In this document: positions 39,473 to 52,487 of the stretch, one piece after another
Layout: every line of letters starts with the position of its first letter
Numbering within the stretch: the stretch's first letter is position 1
Assembly (NCBI GenBank): GCA_030390025.1
Contig: CM059432.1
Location: forward strand, 70,558,001 to 70,622,000
Direction of reading: 5' to 3'
From: Squalus acanthias
Lineage: Eukaryota
DNA length: 64,000 nucleotides
Notes under the pieces: generated by a model
What the model was told of the DNA's origin: nothing
Database searches by the model: none
What the model saw: the letters and a program-made list of their open reading frames with translations, nothing else
Translations under genes and position numbers: made by a program

Positions 39473-40854
39473 GCGTCAGGGACAGCTTCATTCTTTTCAA
39501 ATATTCTCTTTTCAGAGATGTTGAAAATTCATTTCCAGAATTTTGTTTTCTTGAAGGGTGAAATTCCGCGTTGCTTGGCAGTAGCAAGCGCCTGGCACAG
39601 ACTGAGAATGATGGTGCTGTTTTGTTTCAGATCAAATATATTCTACACACATGGAGAGCTAAAGGCTTTTGTCATTTAATGTTTTTTTTTAAATCAAACA
39701 TCTGCCCGAGTTCTGCTAATGGATGTGATTCCAGCTGCTGCTTAATTTGAGCAGTCACACTTGTTCTTGTGAGAATGCCTAACAGCAGCTGGGCTCCCTT
39801 CCATTAGTGGCAGGACTCTTGTAGGAAGTAGCACTGAAGAGAATGAGGCCTTGTCCATGCTGATTTTTTTTTTTTGTCAGCAATTGCTTACCAGGTTCCT
39901 AAAACACTTGGCTTGTATGACTGATCGTTCTTGTAAAGAGGTAGATGGCATTGCACAGAATTCGTCATTCCTACTCGAGTTAAACCAAACGATGGATTTT
40001 TGTTTTAATTTGGTACATAAATGTGACTTCCACCTTCAAGAGTAATCTGTAAAGCTAAAGTTGACCCTACCTTTTCGAGATATAGTAGGTGCAGGCTATA
40101 TGAGTGCCACAGAGTCGCCTAGTACTGAAGCATCACTCTGAATTGCTAACTCAGTTGCTTACAGAACATGCAGCTTATACTGGTTAGTATGCAATGTGCA
40201 TGTCATTTTGTTGAAGCAAATATGGAATTAAAAGTTTAGATTCATCGCCTTTCTTCTCTTTCTCCACCCCCCACGCCCCTCACCCAGCAATGAGCAGAGT
40301 TGGGAGTTTTGTGCAGCGTGGGATCTGTGTTGAATGATTGCATAGTGCCAATTTTGATCATTTTTTAAATCCGTTTTTAACAATCAACAATGGATTTCAT
40401 TTATTTCTGATTGCACCTCTGTGAAACACCTTGGGATATTTTTCTACATTAAAGGTGCCATATAAATACAAGTTGTTGTTGGATGTGATCTACACAATAA
40501 CATCATAGTGAGATGAAAAATTGGTGCCATCAGCCTTCAGTTCTTCTTGCGACTCGTCTGATTGGTTCCTGTTGACGAGTTTCAATCCCAGTGGGGGGAA
40601 AGCTGATAAACTGACCCGTGGTTTGAAAAGCTGACTCATCTTAATGCTGATGATTGACGTGTATATTAATGCTCCAAGCTGGTTTCATCCTGTATTTGCT
40701 GCTGAAGTTCATTTGGCATCACGAAGATACTGTGAAGTTAACAGTGTACATCATTGAACAGTAGCTGCAAATATGCCCTCATTTGCTTTATCAGTCGTTG
40801 CCTGCTCATTTGAATATGAATTGAAAGTGTGAAATTGGTGGAGGGAGCAGGGAA

Positions 40855-41330
40855 AATAAAACCTCTTTTATATAGCCTCTTTTAATATAGAAAAGTGTCC
40901 AGATAACACTTCACAGAGGCACGAGGCAAAAAAGGTGCACTAAACCAAAGAAGGAGCGATTAGGAGGGGGGGATCAAAAGCTTGGTCAAAGAAGCGGTTA
41001 TAAGGAGAGGGGAAAACCACGGGGAACAACAGGGATGGGAGACGGTGATGGTTTTACTGGAGCTGAGAGAATCAAAGGTAGAGGTGAGTGAATAGTTGAT
41101 TAAATGAATAACTGCAGAGGTATTGTGGTGAAGGAAAGGCCAAAGGCTAGGCAGTTGGGAGTTTGAAAGCAACTTGGGAGACTTTTTCCATGGGTGGTTG
41201 CTGAAAAAAATGGTGTTGAAGGAGGAGAGGGGATGTGGATGGTGAAGAATACAAGAAAATGGTCAGAAATGACCTGATCAGGGCAGTATGAAGATCAGTA
41301 TTGAGTTTCCATGAGATCTTAAGAAGACTT
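40855..41330 (-). mobile_element. Degenerate, internally deleted L2 fragment
   Basis: aaaagcttggtcaaaga and tail-like tttatatagc; STFDSL...HPCCSPWF similar to 37320-37390. Confidence 0.65.
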
Positions 41331-43920
41331 AAATGCTTGTAACAAAATAGTTAACTTGTTTACAAGCCTACGGGCACATACTGTCTGGGTTCCACGTGGG
41401 TGAAGTACTAGAGGAGGAGTCTATGTGGGCTTCACGCACCCACTTCCACTGAAGGTATGTAGTGCGCTGGCTAACGCACAGCAGCAGGTTTCAGGATGGC
41501 TCAGGGACTGAGTGAGAGGGCGCACAGGTTCTTGGACGTGGCACAGGAGGTCCAGGGGAGGAGGGAAGTCCTGTACCCGAGAGGGGGAAGCAGTCCACCT
41601 CACCCTCTTGTCCCTCTCTCCTGCAGCAGCAGGTGCTGCTCTGCCTGGCCTCATGTCCTCCTCCCCTTCCTCCTGCAGACCAAGGCCGACCCCTAGCAAG
41701 ATGCCCATGGCGAAGCACTCCCTTTCTCCTGGTAACACCTAATAAAGTGTCCAATAATGTAGAGTAGCATAGCACTCACTCTTTTTAGGTGAAGTCCTCA
41801 GAGAATTTCTGGAATAAATGTTGATAGTGTTGGTGAAGTCTTAACAAAGTGTCCCAGAAAGTCTCCCGATGTATTTGAAAAGTCCTCTTTAAACCTCCAA
41901 CAGAAAGTGAACAGTAAAAGGTGATTTTACCTTTAAGTAGTGCTCAAAATCCTCTGCACGACTTGTTTGCAACCAATCAGCTGGTTGCTTCTACCTTAGC
42001 CCTGCCGAGGACGCCTGGCCAGCGAACTGGCAAGAGCTGGAGGCCAAAGTCACCGCTCGCCTAGGGCGCTGGACAGGACTGCTCCAAGTGCTGTCCTACA
42101 GGGGTCGAGCGCTGGTCATAAATCAACTGGTGGCCGCCATGTTGTGGTATCAGTTGTTCACTTTGATCCCTCACCCCTGCATTTGTCGCCAAGATATAGA
42201 AGAAGCTCATCGACGACTTCTGGGACAAAAGGAAGCACTGGGTCTCTGCCGTGGTTCTGAGCATAGGGAGGACGGTCAGGCGCTGGTGTGTCTTCGCACC
42301 CAGGCTGCGACTTTCCGTCTTCAGACCCTGCAGAGATACCTGTAAATCGAGAATCCTCCCAGATGGTGCGCTGGCGACGCATTTCTTCCGCCAGCTGCAC
42401 GGTCTCAATTATGACACGCAGCTCCTGTTTGTGAAACTGGGCGGTACCCGTGCCTGCTTGCGGGAGCTGCCTGTCTTCTACCAGGAACTACTAAGGGTCT
42501 GGAACATGGTCGCCTGCAGACGGAGTTCTCCCCCGTCAGGAGTGGCGGCTCTCCTTCGGGAGCCGCTGCTCAGGAATCCGCACCTCCACGACCGTGGGTT
42601 CAAATGGCTGGCGGAGGGCAGGGTTGTGTCTGGCAGGGTGACCAGAGTCAGGGACCTACTCGATGGCGGAGGAGCGGGTTGGATGGCGCCGGAGGAGCTG
42701 GTGCAGCGCCTGTCCTGGGCCAACGTCCGGCTCGCAGACAAAGCCATCGAGTCGCTGAAAGTGGCACTGCTCCCTGATTTCACTAGGTGTACCGAGGAGG
42801 CTCAAGCACATGGGGCGATCCCGTCCGAACTGACGCCCGTCCAGACAGAATTCCTCATCGGTGCCTGACCCTGAGACCTCTCACGGGAGCCGGCGCCTCA
42901 CAACTTGACCCATCTCCGGGAAATCCCCTCCGTGCCTTTTCATTCTGTGCAGAGGGGTTTCCTGTACGGGCTGCTCTTGCACACCTTCCATTTTGCCATC
43001 CTCGTCTGCCATCCGGACACGCCTTGGTATGCCATCTTGCCGTCCGGAGGAGGCGGGGCTCCCCAATGGAGGGCTCTCTACGCGGGCGTCCTCCCTTTAT
43101 CTATTGGGGACTTGGCCTGGAGGGTGTTGCACGGAGCAGTCCCGTCCAATAAATTTTTAAGTGGGTTCACGGACTCCCAGGCCGCCTGCCTTTTCTGCAG
43201 CCTGGAGGAGTCCATGTTCCACGTGTATGTGGAGTGAGAGAGGCTGCAGCCCCTCTTCCACTATTTGAAGGGCTGCTCCTCGATTTTTGGCTGCACTTCA
43301 GTCTCACGCTCCTGATCTTTGGTCATCCAGTGCGGAGGGGAGCGGGCAGGTCGGGGGACCTCCTCGTAGGACTGTTCCTGGGCCTGGCCAAAGTGGCCAT
43401 GAACTGGTCCAGGCAGCGGACGGTCGAGGGGGTTGTTCGGCCCAACTGCCTGCCTCACTTCGGCGGCCACGTTCGCGCCCGGTTGGCCCTGGAGATGGAG
43501 CACGTGGTGTCCGCTGGCACGCTCGAGGCCGTCCGTGATTGCTGGGCACCACAGGGACTGGAGTGCTTCATCAACCCCAATAACCAAATTTTAATTTAAT
43601 TTGTTAAATTTCATTTTTTGGATTTTTTAAGTTACAGTTACAGTTGATCGCACCAAAACAGCATCAGCTGGTTGCTTGTAGGAGAGGGAGTTTGGTCAAT
43701 GTCATGCAGCCTACTTCATGAACGCTAGCTGGCAATTTAAGTGGCAATCAGCCCCTTAATGTTCTTCCGGGCGGCCGTTCTTAATGCAAGCTTCAGCTCC
43801 TTTACCAAGATGGCGTCTAGCAGTAAACGCGCGAGCTAAACCAGTGTTTCAGCTCAAGACCCCAACTTGGCCACTTCAGAGGCTCTTTAGCGCCTGAAGG
43901 AGCTGTTGAAAATTGCCCCT
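41330..43920. mobile_element. Probable Harbinger-type relic hosting the Tx1-like insertion
   Basis: Right end AAAATTGCCCC resembles other TIRs here; GC-rich sequence on both sides of the TSD; left TIR not found. Confidence 0.4.
41991..43662 (+). mobile_element. Tx1-like (L1 clade) non-LTR retrotransposon, 5'-truncated ORF2
   Basis: LSYRGRALVINQLVAAMLWY, LAWRVLHGAVP, CLFC...ESMFH (zf-RVT-like); 15-bp TSD ATCAGCTGGTTGCTT at 41976-41990 and 43663-43677. Confidence 0.87.
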
Positions 43921-45814
43921 GTAGACTCTGAAATCCATACTTCTCTTGCTTAAAACAATGCCCATGTAAGAAGACTATTTGGACAGTTTAAAGTGAACCC
44001 TGGTATTATGATTTCATTCACAATTCTAAACTTAACTGAAACTGAGTTATGAGCAAAATATAATAAAATACAAGTCTCTGCTGAATATGTTGCTTCTCCC
44101 AATTGCAGTGCCTATGGTTATGTGCTACCAGCCAACATATAATCTTACAAAATAGGTACAGCTTCTCTTTCCCCAGACAAAAAGATTTGCCAAACTCATT
44201 GTTCTATAAAATGCCTCTTGAACTCCGTGTATTCTTGGAGACAGGAAAAAATTGTTCTAAATTAAATAGAGAAATAATGAGATAATCCTCAAAGGATTAA
44301 AAAGGGAAAATATAGTTTTAAATAATACAATAACAGAAAAATTTAAATTGTTTGGATCCATTGCATTATTGCCTGACTCCCATAACGATGGGCCACTGCA
44401 AATCAAGAACAATTTTCTTAAGCTTCAATTTTGCCTCTCCTGCCACCCCACAGACCAGTTTAAAACAAAATACCTGTATGATATATGACAGATTTGTATC
44501 ACTTACTCCAAAAAATATTTACACCTGGACCTAACAAAACAACCTAGAGCCACAGCTAATCTGAATTTGTAAGCAGGCTATGCAGGATTGACGTGCATGA
44601 GATAAAAACCTAATCCATTCATCACATTTGTAAATGATGAGAAATCCATCTCTCTATTGTTCCAAACAATTAAAAACAAAAGAATACAAGGAGGAGTGAC
44701 AGATTCTTCAAAAAATGATTACATGTACGTTACTCAAAAATAATTTAGAAAAATGATCCCCGCTACCAGGACCAGGTCTCCCCTTTAAGTCTCATTGCTC
44801 AGCTCTTGCCCTTTTTGCTGATTAAAGCTCAGGCTCGAGCTCCGGCTACAAATGCTGCAAGATCCCGAGGGAGGAGCCGACGGGGCGGGGGCGGGGATGC
44901 TTGTGGTGATTGCTGCCCTGAGAGACTGGGGGAGTGCGTCTGTGGCTGTGCCGTGTATTGCTTGCCTTCTCTGCTATCGTGGCGCAAGCGGCGGTGGTTG
45001 GAGCTTGCGATGTAAGATTAGGTTGTGCAGCTGCCTGCATGCAGTGAGAATCCTCTGTCTCCCAGCCCCTTGTTCCCCATTCGCCCCACCAGTGTTAACA
45101 ATCTTTCACTACTTACCCACAGCCAGCAAGGTCCCCAGGTTTCACTCCCCCCTTTACTGGCTGCTCCTCTCAGCAGCGCTGCTGCTCCCGGCTCTGCATG
45201 AAATGCTAGGTCACACACCCACTCCACCCCATTCTGTAGTGTCCTCTTCCCGAGCCCCCGTTCCCTGACCCCCAGTCGCCTGTTACTATCTCCCCCTGCC
45301 CCGAGCTCAATCCTCTGGCCCTACCCACACCCACCACCCTGAGTTTCAATCTCCTGACTCTTCCAGCCTAGCTGTGGCTCTCGCTCCTCCAGCAGGAAGT
45401 AACTAAAACCAGAAATTCCTCAGTTCAAATCAAAGATTCAATTTTTTGAAGTCACTAATTGCCGCTTGCCATAATACCAGTTAATAGACAAAAAAAAAGT
45501 CTGGGGAAAAACTGAATAAACTCACCTCTGGTAACACATTGAGATAAATTAAAAAGAATATCCCAGGCTGGAGTGTTTTGCAAGAAGGTGAGGGTTTAGT
45601 TGCTGTTGAGAAACTACTCAAAAATGTGGTTTTATCACATCGGAACCCCTTGTTATTTTAGCTGTGTAACACGGTGGTCTTTGTCTCACTGTATGTAAAC
45701 TCCACTTACAGCTCCGTTGTAGAAAATCTTTCTTTAAAGTTTACTTTGTGTAAGCAATATAATAAACCACCCCTTTTGTTCTTTTATTCCTCCCCCTTGC
45801 TTTTTTATGTTTCA

Positions 45815-45958
45815 TTTCCTGCTCTTTTCTCAGTTCTGACGAAAGGTCTTCGACCTGAAACGTTAACTCTGTTTCTCTCTCCACGGATGTTGCCTGGCCT
45901 GCTGAGTTTTTCCAGCGTTTTCTGTTTCAATTTTCCAGCATCCGCAGTATTTTGCTAT
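45815..45958 (+). mobile_element. Penelope-like terminal fragment
   Basis: Homologous in reverse to 51140-51235, which is linked to a GIY-YIG-like C-terminus. Confidence 0.72.
45831..45871 (+). ncRNA. Minimal type I hammerhead ribozyme motif
   Basis: AGTT-CTGACGA-A-AGGTC(TTC)GACCT-GAAA-CGTT-AACT: core boxes, perfect 5-bp stem II, 4-bp stem I, palindromic stem III. Confidence 0.72.
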
Positions 45959-46384
45959 CGTAATAAATCAGAGGATCAGTAATATCTACTTCAAAGTGGG
46001 GCTGACACTGAGATGCTAAATTAATTATCAAAGAATATTTTTGAGTTTGTTTGAGATGCACAGAATATATAAAGGTTAAAAGAAATGTTTCCATACCTGT
46101 TTATGCAATGTGGGCTTGAGAGATGCAAACAATTTTGAAAGCTCAAGTTCCCCAATTGCAGCATCAAACATTTGTTCCTGTTCAGTCATTTTAACAATGA
46201 AACCCTCCTCTACATTCTGGACTTTTTTCCCACCCTTTCCCTACCAAATAACACAACTCCTCAAACCAATACAATGTATTTACAACCACATCAACGGACA
46301 ACCTAAAGTCTAAAGGAGGCCTGGGAGTGAGACTTGATCACCAGATAACAGAGGAGAATCTGAAGAAGTAAGAAAATAGATCCT

Positions 46385-47600
46385 CACCATAGAATACACA
46401 GGAGATCATTTGGCCCATCAAATCTGCGCCGGCTCTTTTGAAGAGCAATCCAGTTAGTCCCACTCCCTGCTCTTTCTCCATATCCCAGCAATTTTTTGTC
46501 CTTCAAGTATCCAATTCCTTTTTGAAGGCTACTACTGAATCTGTATCCACCACCCTATTGGGTAGCGTGTTCCAAATCCTAACCACTCATTGCTTTAAAA
46601 AGTTTTTCCTCGTGTCACCTCTGGTTGTTTTGCCAGTCACCTTAAATCTGTGCCCTCTTGTTATCAACCCTTCAGCCATTGGAAACAGTTTCTCTTTATT
46701 TACTCTATCTAAATCCTTCATGATTTCAAACTCCTCTATCAAATCTCCTTTTAACCTTCTCTGCTCCAAGGAAATAAACTCCAGCTTCTCTAGTCTATCC
46801 ACGTAACTGTATTCCCTGATTCCTGGAACCATTCTAGTAAATCTCTTCTGTCCCCTCTCCAAAGCCTTCACGTCCTTCCTAAAGTGTGGTGCCCAGAATT
46901 GGACACAATACTCCAGCTAGTGACCGAACTAATGTTTTATACAGGTTTAGCATAACTTCCTGGCTTTTGTACTCTATACCTCTATTTATAAAGCCCAGGA
47001 TCCCATATGCTTTATTAACTGCGTTATTAACCTGTCCTGCCACCTTCAAAGATTTGTGCACAAACACATCCAGGTCTCTCTGTTCTTGCACCCCCTTTAA
47101 AATTGTACTATTTAGTGTATATGGTCTCTCCTCATTCTTCCTACCAAAATGTATCACCTCACACTTCTCTGCATTGAATTTCATCTGCCATGTGTCCGCC
47201 CATTCCACCAGCCTGTCTGTCTTCTCGAAGTCTATTACTATCTTCCTCACTGTTTACTGCACTTCCAAGTTTCATATCATCTGCAAATTTCAAAATTGTG
47301 ATCTGTACCCCCAAGTCGAAGCCATTAATATATATTAAAAAAACAGCAGTGGTCGTAGTACTGAACCTTGGAACTCCACTGTATACCTCCCTCCAGTCCG
47401 AAAAGCAGCCATTAAACTGACTGGTCTGTAATTGCCAGGTTTATCCTTCTCTCCTTTTTTGAACAAGGGTGCAACATTTGCAATGCTCCAGTCCTTTGGC
47501 ACCACCCCTGTATCTAAGGAGGATTGGAAGATTGAGGCCAGCACCTCTGCAATTTCTACCCTTACTTCCCTCAGTAACCTAGGATGCATCCCATCCAGAC
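46385..47600 (-). mobile_element. CR1 LINE fragment, internally deleted
   Basis: DGMHPRLLREV...GNYRPVSL fused to GSVLRPLLF; WQMKFNAEKCEVIHFG; same family as 1170-2595. Confidence 0.92.
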
Positions 47601-49759
47601 CTTCGCATGCAGCAGAATGGGAAAAGTCTGACAAAATCATACAGTGAAGGTACAAATGCATCCCTCCCTGCTGGCAGTACGCTGAAAGGCTTTGGGGAGA
47701 AGGACATGCTGGTGGACTTAGTTGCCCTGTCTAACTGAAATCAGTCTCCTTTAGAGCATTTCCCTCCAGTCCCTCAATGTCTTGTCATCCAACCATATAC
47801 ACCTTTACAGGATCACATATTAATACATTAAAGTGGCAAATAACTTGAATGTTATGTACAAGGACATAACTTGAGATGTAAAATGTGTCTATGACTTTAA
47901 AAAGGGTTTTAGCATGCATTAATATGTTTGATTTACAAATTTAATAAACATTCGGACAAAGTTTGGAGCCTATATGTGTGCTTATTCCTGAAACTTGCAT
48001 GATGTGACCTTTTATTTGCATAGATTTGCCTGGCAAATCTTAGTCATACTGCGTAGCTCTCATAGCTTGGTGCCGCCTTGTATTTATATTTCTAAACTAC
48101 TGCATATTCACAAAGGCTCACTTCCTTTGCACAGCTGCTAATAATACATTGAGTACTCTGACACTACATATTGCATGAAGTTTCAACAGTAATAGTCTGT
48201 ATTTCCATAGCTTCAGAGACCTGAATATGTATCTACTTCTCAAGGTGAGGATGTGTTGCTGAAATGAACATACAGTAATGAGCCCAGGTATAGCACGAGT
48301 CAAAAATCGTGCAAAGCTCCATCGTGTGTCTAATTCCAGCCACTGAAGAACATTCTCATATGTAGCAGGATAATTTCAGTTTGCCTAATAATGAGACATG
48401 CTCTATTGCAAATGGTTCATAATATATTTTGGTAGGTTTTCTTTCTACTTCTCTGTTTTAAGGAATTCCTCCAGTACTGTGGGGTTATGATGGCCATCTC
48501 TGACCATTTCCTCGTATCGCTCTCCAACCACATCCCCTTTCCACCTCATCCCCCTTTCTCCAGATCATTTACTAAGCCTCCCATTCTAGTAGCATCTTCA
48601 AATTTGGACACCACTTAGTTATTAGTTTTATGAATTGAAAATCAGAAGGAAAGCCACACTTGTTAATTAAATAATTTTTCATGCAGACACTGCCTCCTTT
48701 AAACTGCCTAAATCCTGATGCACAAGCAACGGCCATATCCCGTGAATGAATAAATAAAAAAGTGAAATAATTCAATTAAAACTTTTAGCTAGCATACCAG
48801 AGTTTGACTATCTGGGTATACAATCACAGCATTGATATCCTAGTTGACTAATTTACTGTAGTTTTGTACTCAAGCCAACAGTAAAAGTATGTGGGAAGAA
48901 CTGATGAGAGGGAATTCATTATTAACACCTCAGTAGAAGGCAAGTGGAATACATTTAAAGGTATACAAATTAAGTTGCAGGACAAATTAATAACCAGAAT
49001 TAAAGGGGGAAAGAGAGAAATGAAAATGCTTATAGCTTGAAATGTTAAACACAACAGCATGAAACCCTTTCACTATCATAACGAGAAAAGCCAGGGAAGA
49101 GCTGGAGAACCTTAAAGGATACTTATGGGGATGAAATTGAGGACAAATGGAGAATCGTTGGTATACTAAATAAATACTTCCTTGAATCAATCATTAGGAG
49201 CAAATTTAAATTCTATCCCTACAAGAATAATCTAATTAATAGAAGTTAACATGGCTTTAGTTGGACAGGATCCTCCACTTCTACTCACGTTGATTTTTCT
49301 TCTGGAAGTGACATCCCTTGTGGACAGTGGAAAACGATATGACATGGTGTGTGCAGATTTCCAAACAGCCTTTGATAAAGTTCCTTGGGGAAAGGCTGAA
49401 ATCGGTGGAAATTCAAAGTAAAACCTGTGCGAGGATAAGGAATTGGCTGAAGGAAAGAAAACAATGGGAAATTGTTAGGGAGCGCTGAATGGACTGCCAC
49501 AGGGTTTGAGGTTGGGGCCTTCACTGTTCCTATTCTACATCAATGACTTGGATGTAGAAATCCAATACAAACGCATCAAGTTTGCAGACAATATTTAATT
49601 TTTTTGGGGGGGGTGGGGGGGGCGGAAGTTGAAAGAGACAAAGCAACCAGGGACCTACAAAAGGAGTTGGATAAAATCTGCAACTGGGCAAATCAGTGGT
49701 CGATGAAATGCAATACAAGTAAGTGCAAGGTACTACGAATTGGTAGTAAAATGGATGTT

Positions 49760-51008
49760 TTTTTAAAAATTCGTTCATGGGATCTGGGCGTCGCTGGCAA
49801 GGCCAGCATTTATTGGCCATCCCTAATTGCCCTTGAGAAGGTGGTGGTGAGCCGCCGCCTTGAACCGCTGCAGTCCGTGTGGTGAAGGTACTCCCAAAGT
49901 GCTGTTAGGGAGGGAGTTCCAGGATTTTGACCCAGCAATGATGAAGGAAAGGCGATATACTTCCAAGTCAGGATGGTGTGTGACTTGGAGGGGAACTTGG
50001 AGGTGGTGGTGTTGCCATGCACCTGCTGCCCTTGTCTTTCTAGGTGGTAGAGGTCGCGGGTTTGGAGGTGCTGCCGAAGAAGCCTTGGTGAGTTGCTGCA
50101 GTGCATCTTGTAGATGATACACACTGCAGCCACGGTACGCCGGTGGTGGAGGGAGTGAATGTTTAAGGTGGTGGATGGGGTGCCAATCAAGCGGGCTGCT
50201 TTGTCCTGGGTGGTGTCGAGCTTCTTGAGTGTTGTTGGAGCTGCACTCATGCAGGCAAGTGGAGAGTATTCCATCACACTCCTTACTTGTGCCTTGTAGA
50301 TGGTGGAAAGGCTTTGGGGAGTCAGGAGGTGAGACACTCACCACAGAATACCTAGCCTCTGACCTGCTCTTGTTGCCACAGTATTTATGTGGCTTGTCCA
50401 GTTAAGTTTCTGGTCAATGGTAACCCCCAGGATGTTGATGGTGGGGGATTCGGCAATGGTAATGCCGTTGAATATCAAGGGACGGTGGTTAGACTCTCGC
50501 TTGTTGGAGATAGTTATTGCCTGGCACTTCTGTGGCGCGAATGTTACCTGCCACTTATCAGCCCAAGCCTGAATGTCGTCCAGGTCTTGTTGCATGCGGG
50601 CATGGACTGCTTCATTATCTGAGGAGTTGTGAATGGCACTGAACACTGTGCAGTCATCAGTGAACATCCCTATTTCTGACCTTATGTTGGAGGGAAAGAC
50701 ATTGATGAAGCAGCTGACGATGGTTGGGCCAAGGACACTGCCCTGAGGAACTCCTGCAGCGATGTCCTGGGGCTGTGATGATTGACCTTCAACCACCACA
50801 ACCATCTTCCTTTTTGCTAGGTATGACTCCAGGCAGTGGAGAGTTTTCCCCCCCGATTCCCATTGACTTCCGTTTTACTCGGGCTCCTTGATGCCACACT
50901 CGGTCAAATGCTGCCTTGATGTCTAGGGCAGTCACTCTCACCTCACCTCTGGAATTCAGCTCCTTTGTCCATGTTTGGACCAAGGCTGTAATGAGGTCGG
51001 GAGCTGAG
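49760..51008 (-). mobile_element. Non-LTR retrotransposon 3' portion, same family as 34660-35668
   Basis: [48 protein letters not shown]. Confidence 0.92.
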
Positions 51009-51139
51009 TGTTGCAAGTATATTATAGACTGTGTAGAAATAACTAAAGGTGAGGCAGAAAGAGACTTGGGCATGACAGTAGATTTGACACACCTTTAATC
51101 ACTGAGCAGTAATAAACAAAGCAAACATAATGCTTAATT

Positions 51140-51530
51140 AAAAACATAAAATGCTGGAAATACTCGGGTCAGGCAACATCTATGGAGAGAGAAACAGTTA
51201 ACGTTTCAGGTCGGTGACATTTCATCAGAACTGGAAAATGTTAAGAGATGTAACAGTTTTTAAGCAAGTACAGAGAAAGGGGGAGGGGAAGAAAGGAAAA
51301 AAGGAAGGTTTGTGATAGGGGTGGAAGGCAGGAGAGATTAAATTAAAAAAGGAACGATGATGCAAGGCAAAAGGGGATGGTAATAGGACAAGTAAAGAAA
51401 CAGAAGATGGGTCTAGAGGAGGTGTAAATGGCAACAGCAGAATCATTACCAGCACCTGCTGTCTGAAAAATGGGAGCAGTGCTTAGGAGTTGAAATTGTT
51501 GAACTCTGTCGAGTCCGGAAGGTTGTAAAG
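51140..51530 (-). mobile_element. Penelope-like element 3' fragment
   Basis: Minus strand starts LQPSGL(frameshift)EFNNF, resembling the GIY-YIG C-terminal LxPxGLN motif, followed by pyrimidine-rich UTR and a hammerhead motif. Confidence 0.72.
51195..51233 (-). ncRNA. Minimal type I hammerhead ribozyme motif (one stem II mismatch)
   Basis: Minus strand CAGTT-CTGATGA-A-ATGTC(ACC)GACCT-GAAA-CGTT-AACTG; perfect 5-bp stem I. Confidence 0.68.
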
Positions 51531-52220
51531 AATTCTTGATAATGTTGCTGAGTATGTTGAGTAAAAGTCAGAATGCATCATGCTAAAACTCTACAGAATC
51601 CTGACCAAACTGCACCTTGAATACTATGTTCTGTTTTGGTCAGCAAGACATGAGGAAATCATTCAAGCAATAGAGATGATGCGAGGCGAACCATGAGGTT
51701 CCTTCTTTGTGTCAAAGGAAAGACTGAAAAAACTAGGCTCTTTAATCTTCAAAGGAGCAACACTGAAGGCACCTTGTATATTTTTATAAGATATTAAAAA
51801 CGCATTGAGGTTAATCTTGAGCATTTAATCTGGAGTATGTCTGGTACTAGAAGAAAGTGACAACGGTTAACACTATTGAAAGGAAAGTTTAGGATAGATG
51901 TCAGGAAAAACTGCTTCAAACACATGCTGATCAACATTTGGATAAGGTAGTGGAGGCAAAAACCTTGGACTCATTCAAGAGTCGGGTGATGTAACGGAGA
52001 GGGGAGTCAGATAATGTGATGGGGAGAATGAAAGTCTTTCATCTGGATGGATGAGCTAAAATGGTTCGAGATGGCCTCCCTCATCTGTATCTATCTTATC
52101 TGTTTTGTATGCAAGACTCTGTTGTCTTCAATACAGTGAAGTAAATTGTATATTTTAGACTGAAGTTGCAACTGTAAAATGGCTTGGAACTTGCAGTTTC
52201 TCTTTTTATCAGAGAAATAA

Positions 52221-52487
<267 letters not shown>

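Larger units (their letters stand above)
48860..52100 (+). mobile_element. Old CR1 broken by two younger insertions
   Basis: LQKELDKICNWANQWSMKCNTSKCKVL stops about 49757, resumes about 51010 (agagacttgggc) and again about 51535 (cttgaatactatgttctgttttgg). Confidence 0.72.

Noticed and set aside
48901..48940. Other CTGATGA occurrences (also about 40648, 54091, 56431, 58806) as hammerheads
   Set aside because: No stem II followed by GAAA and no flanking stem I.
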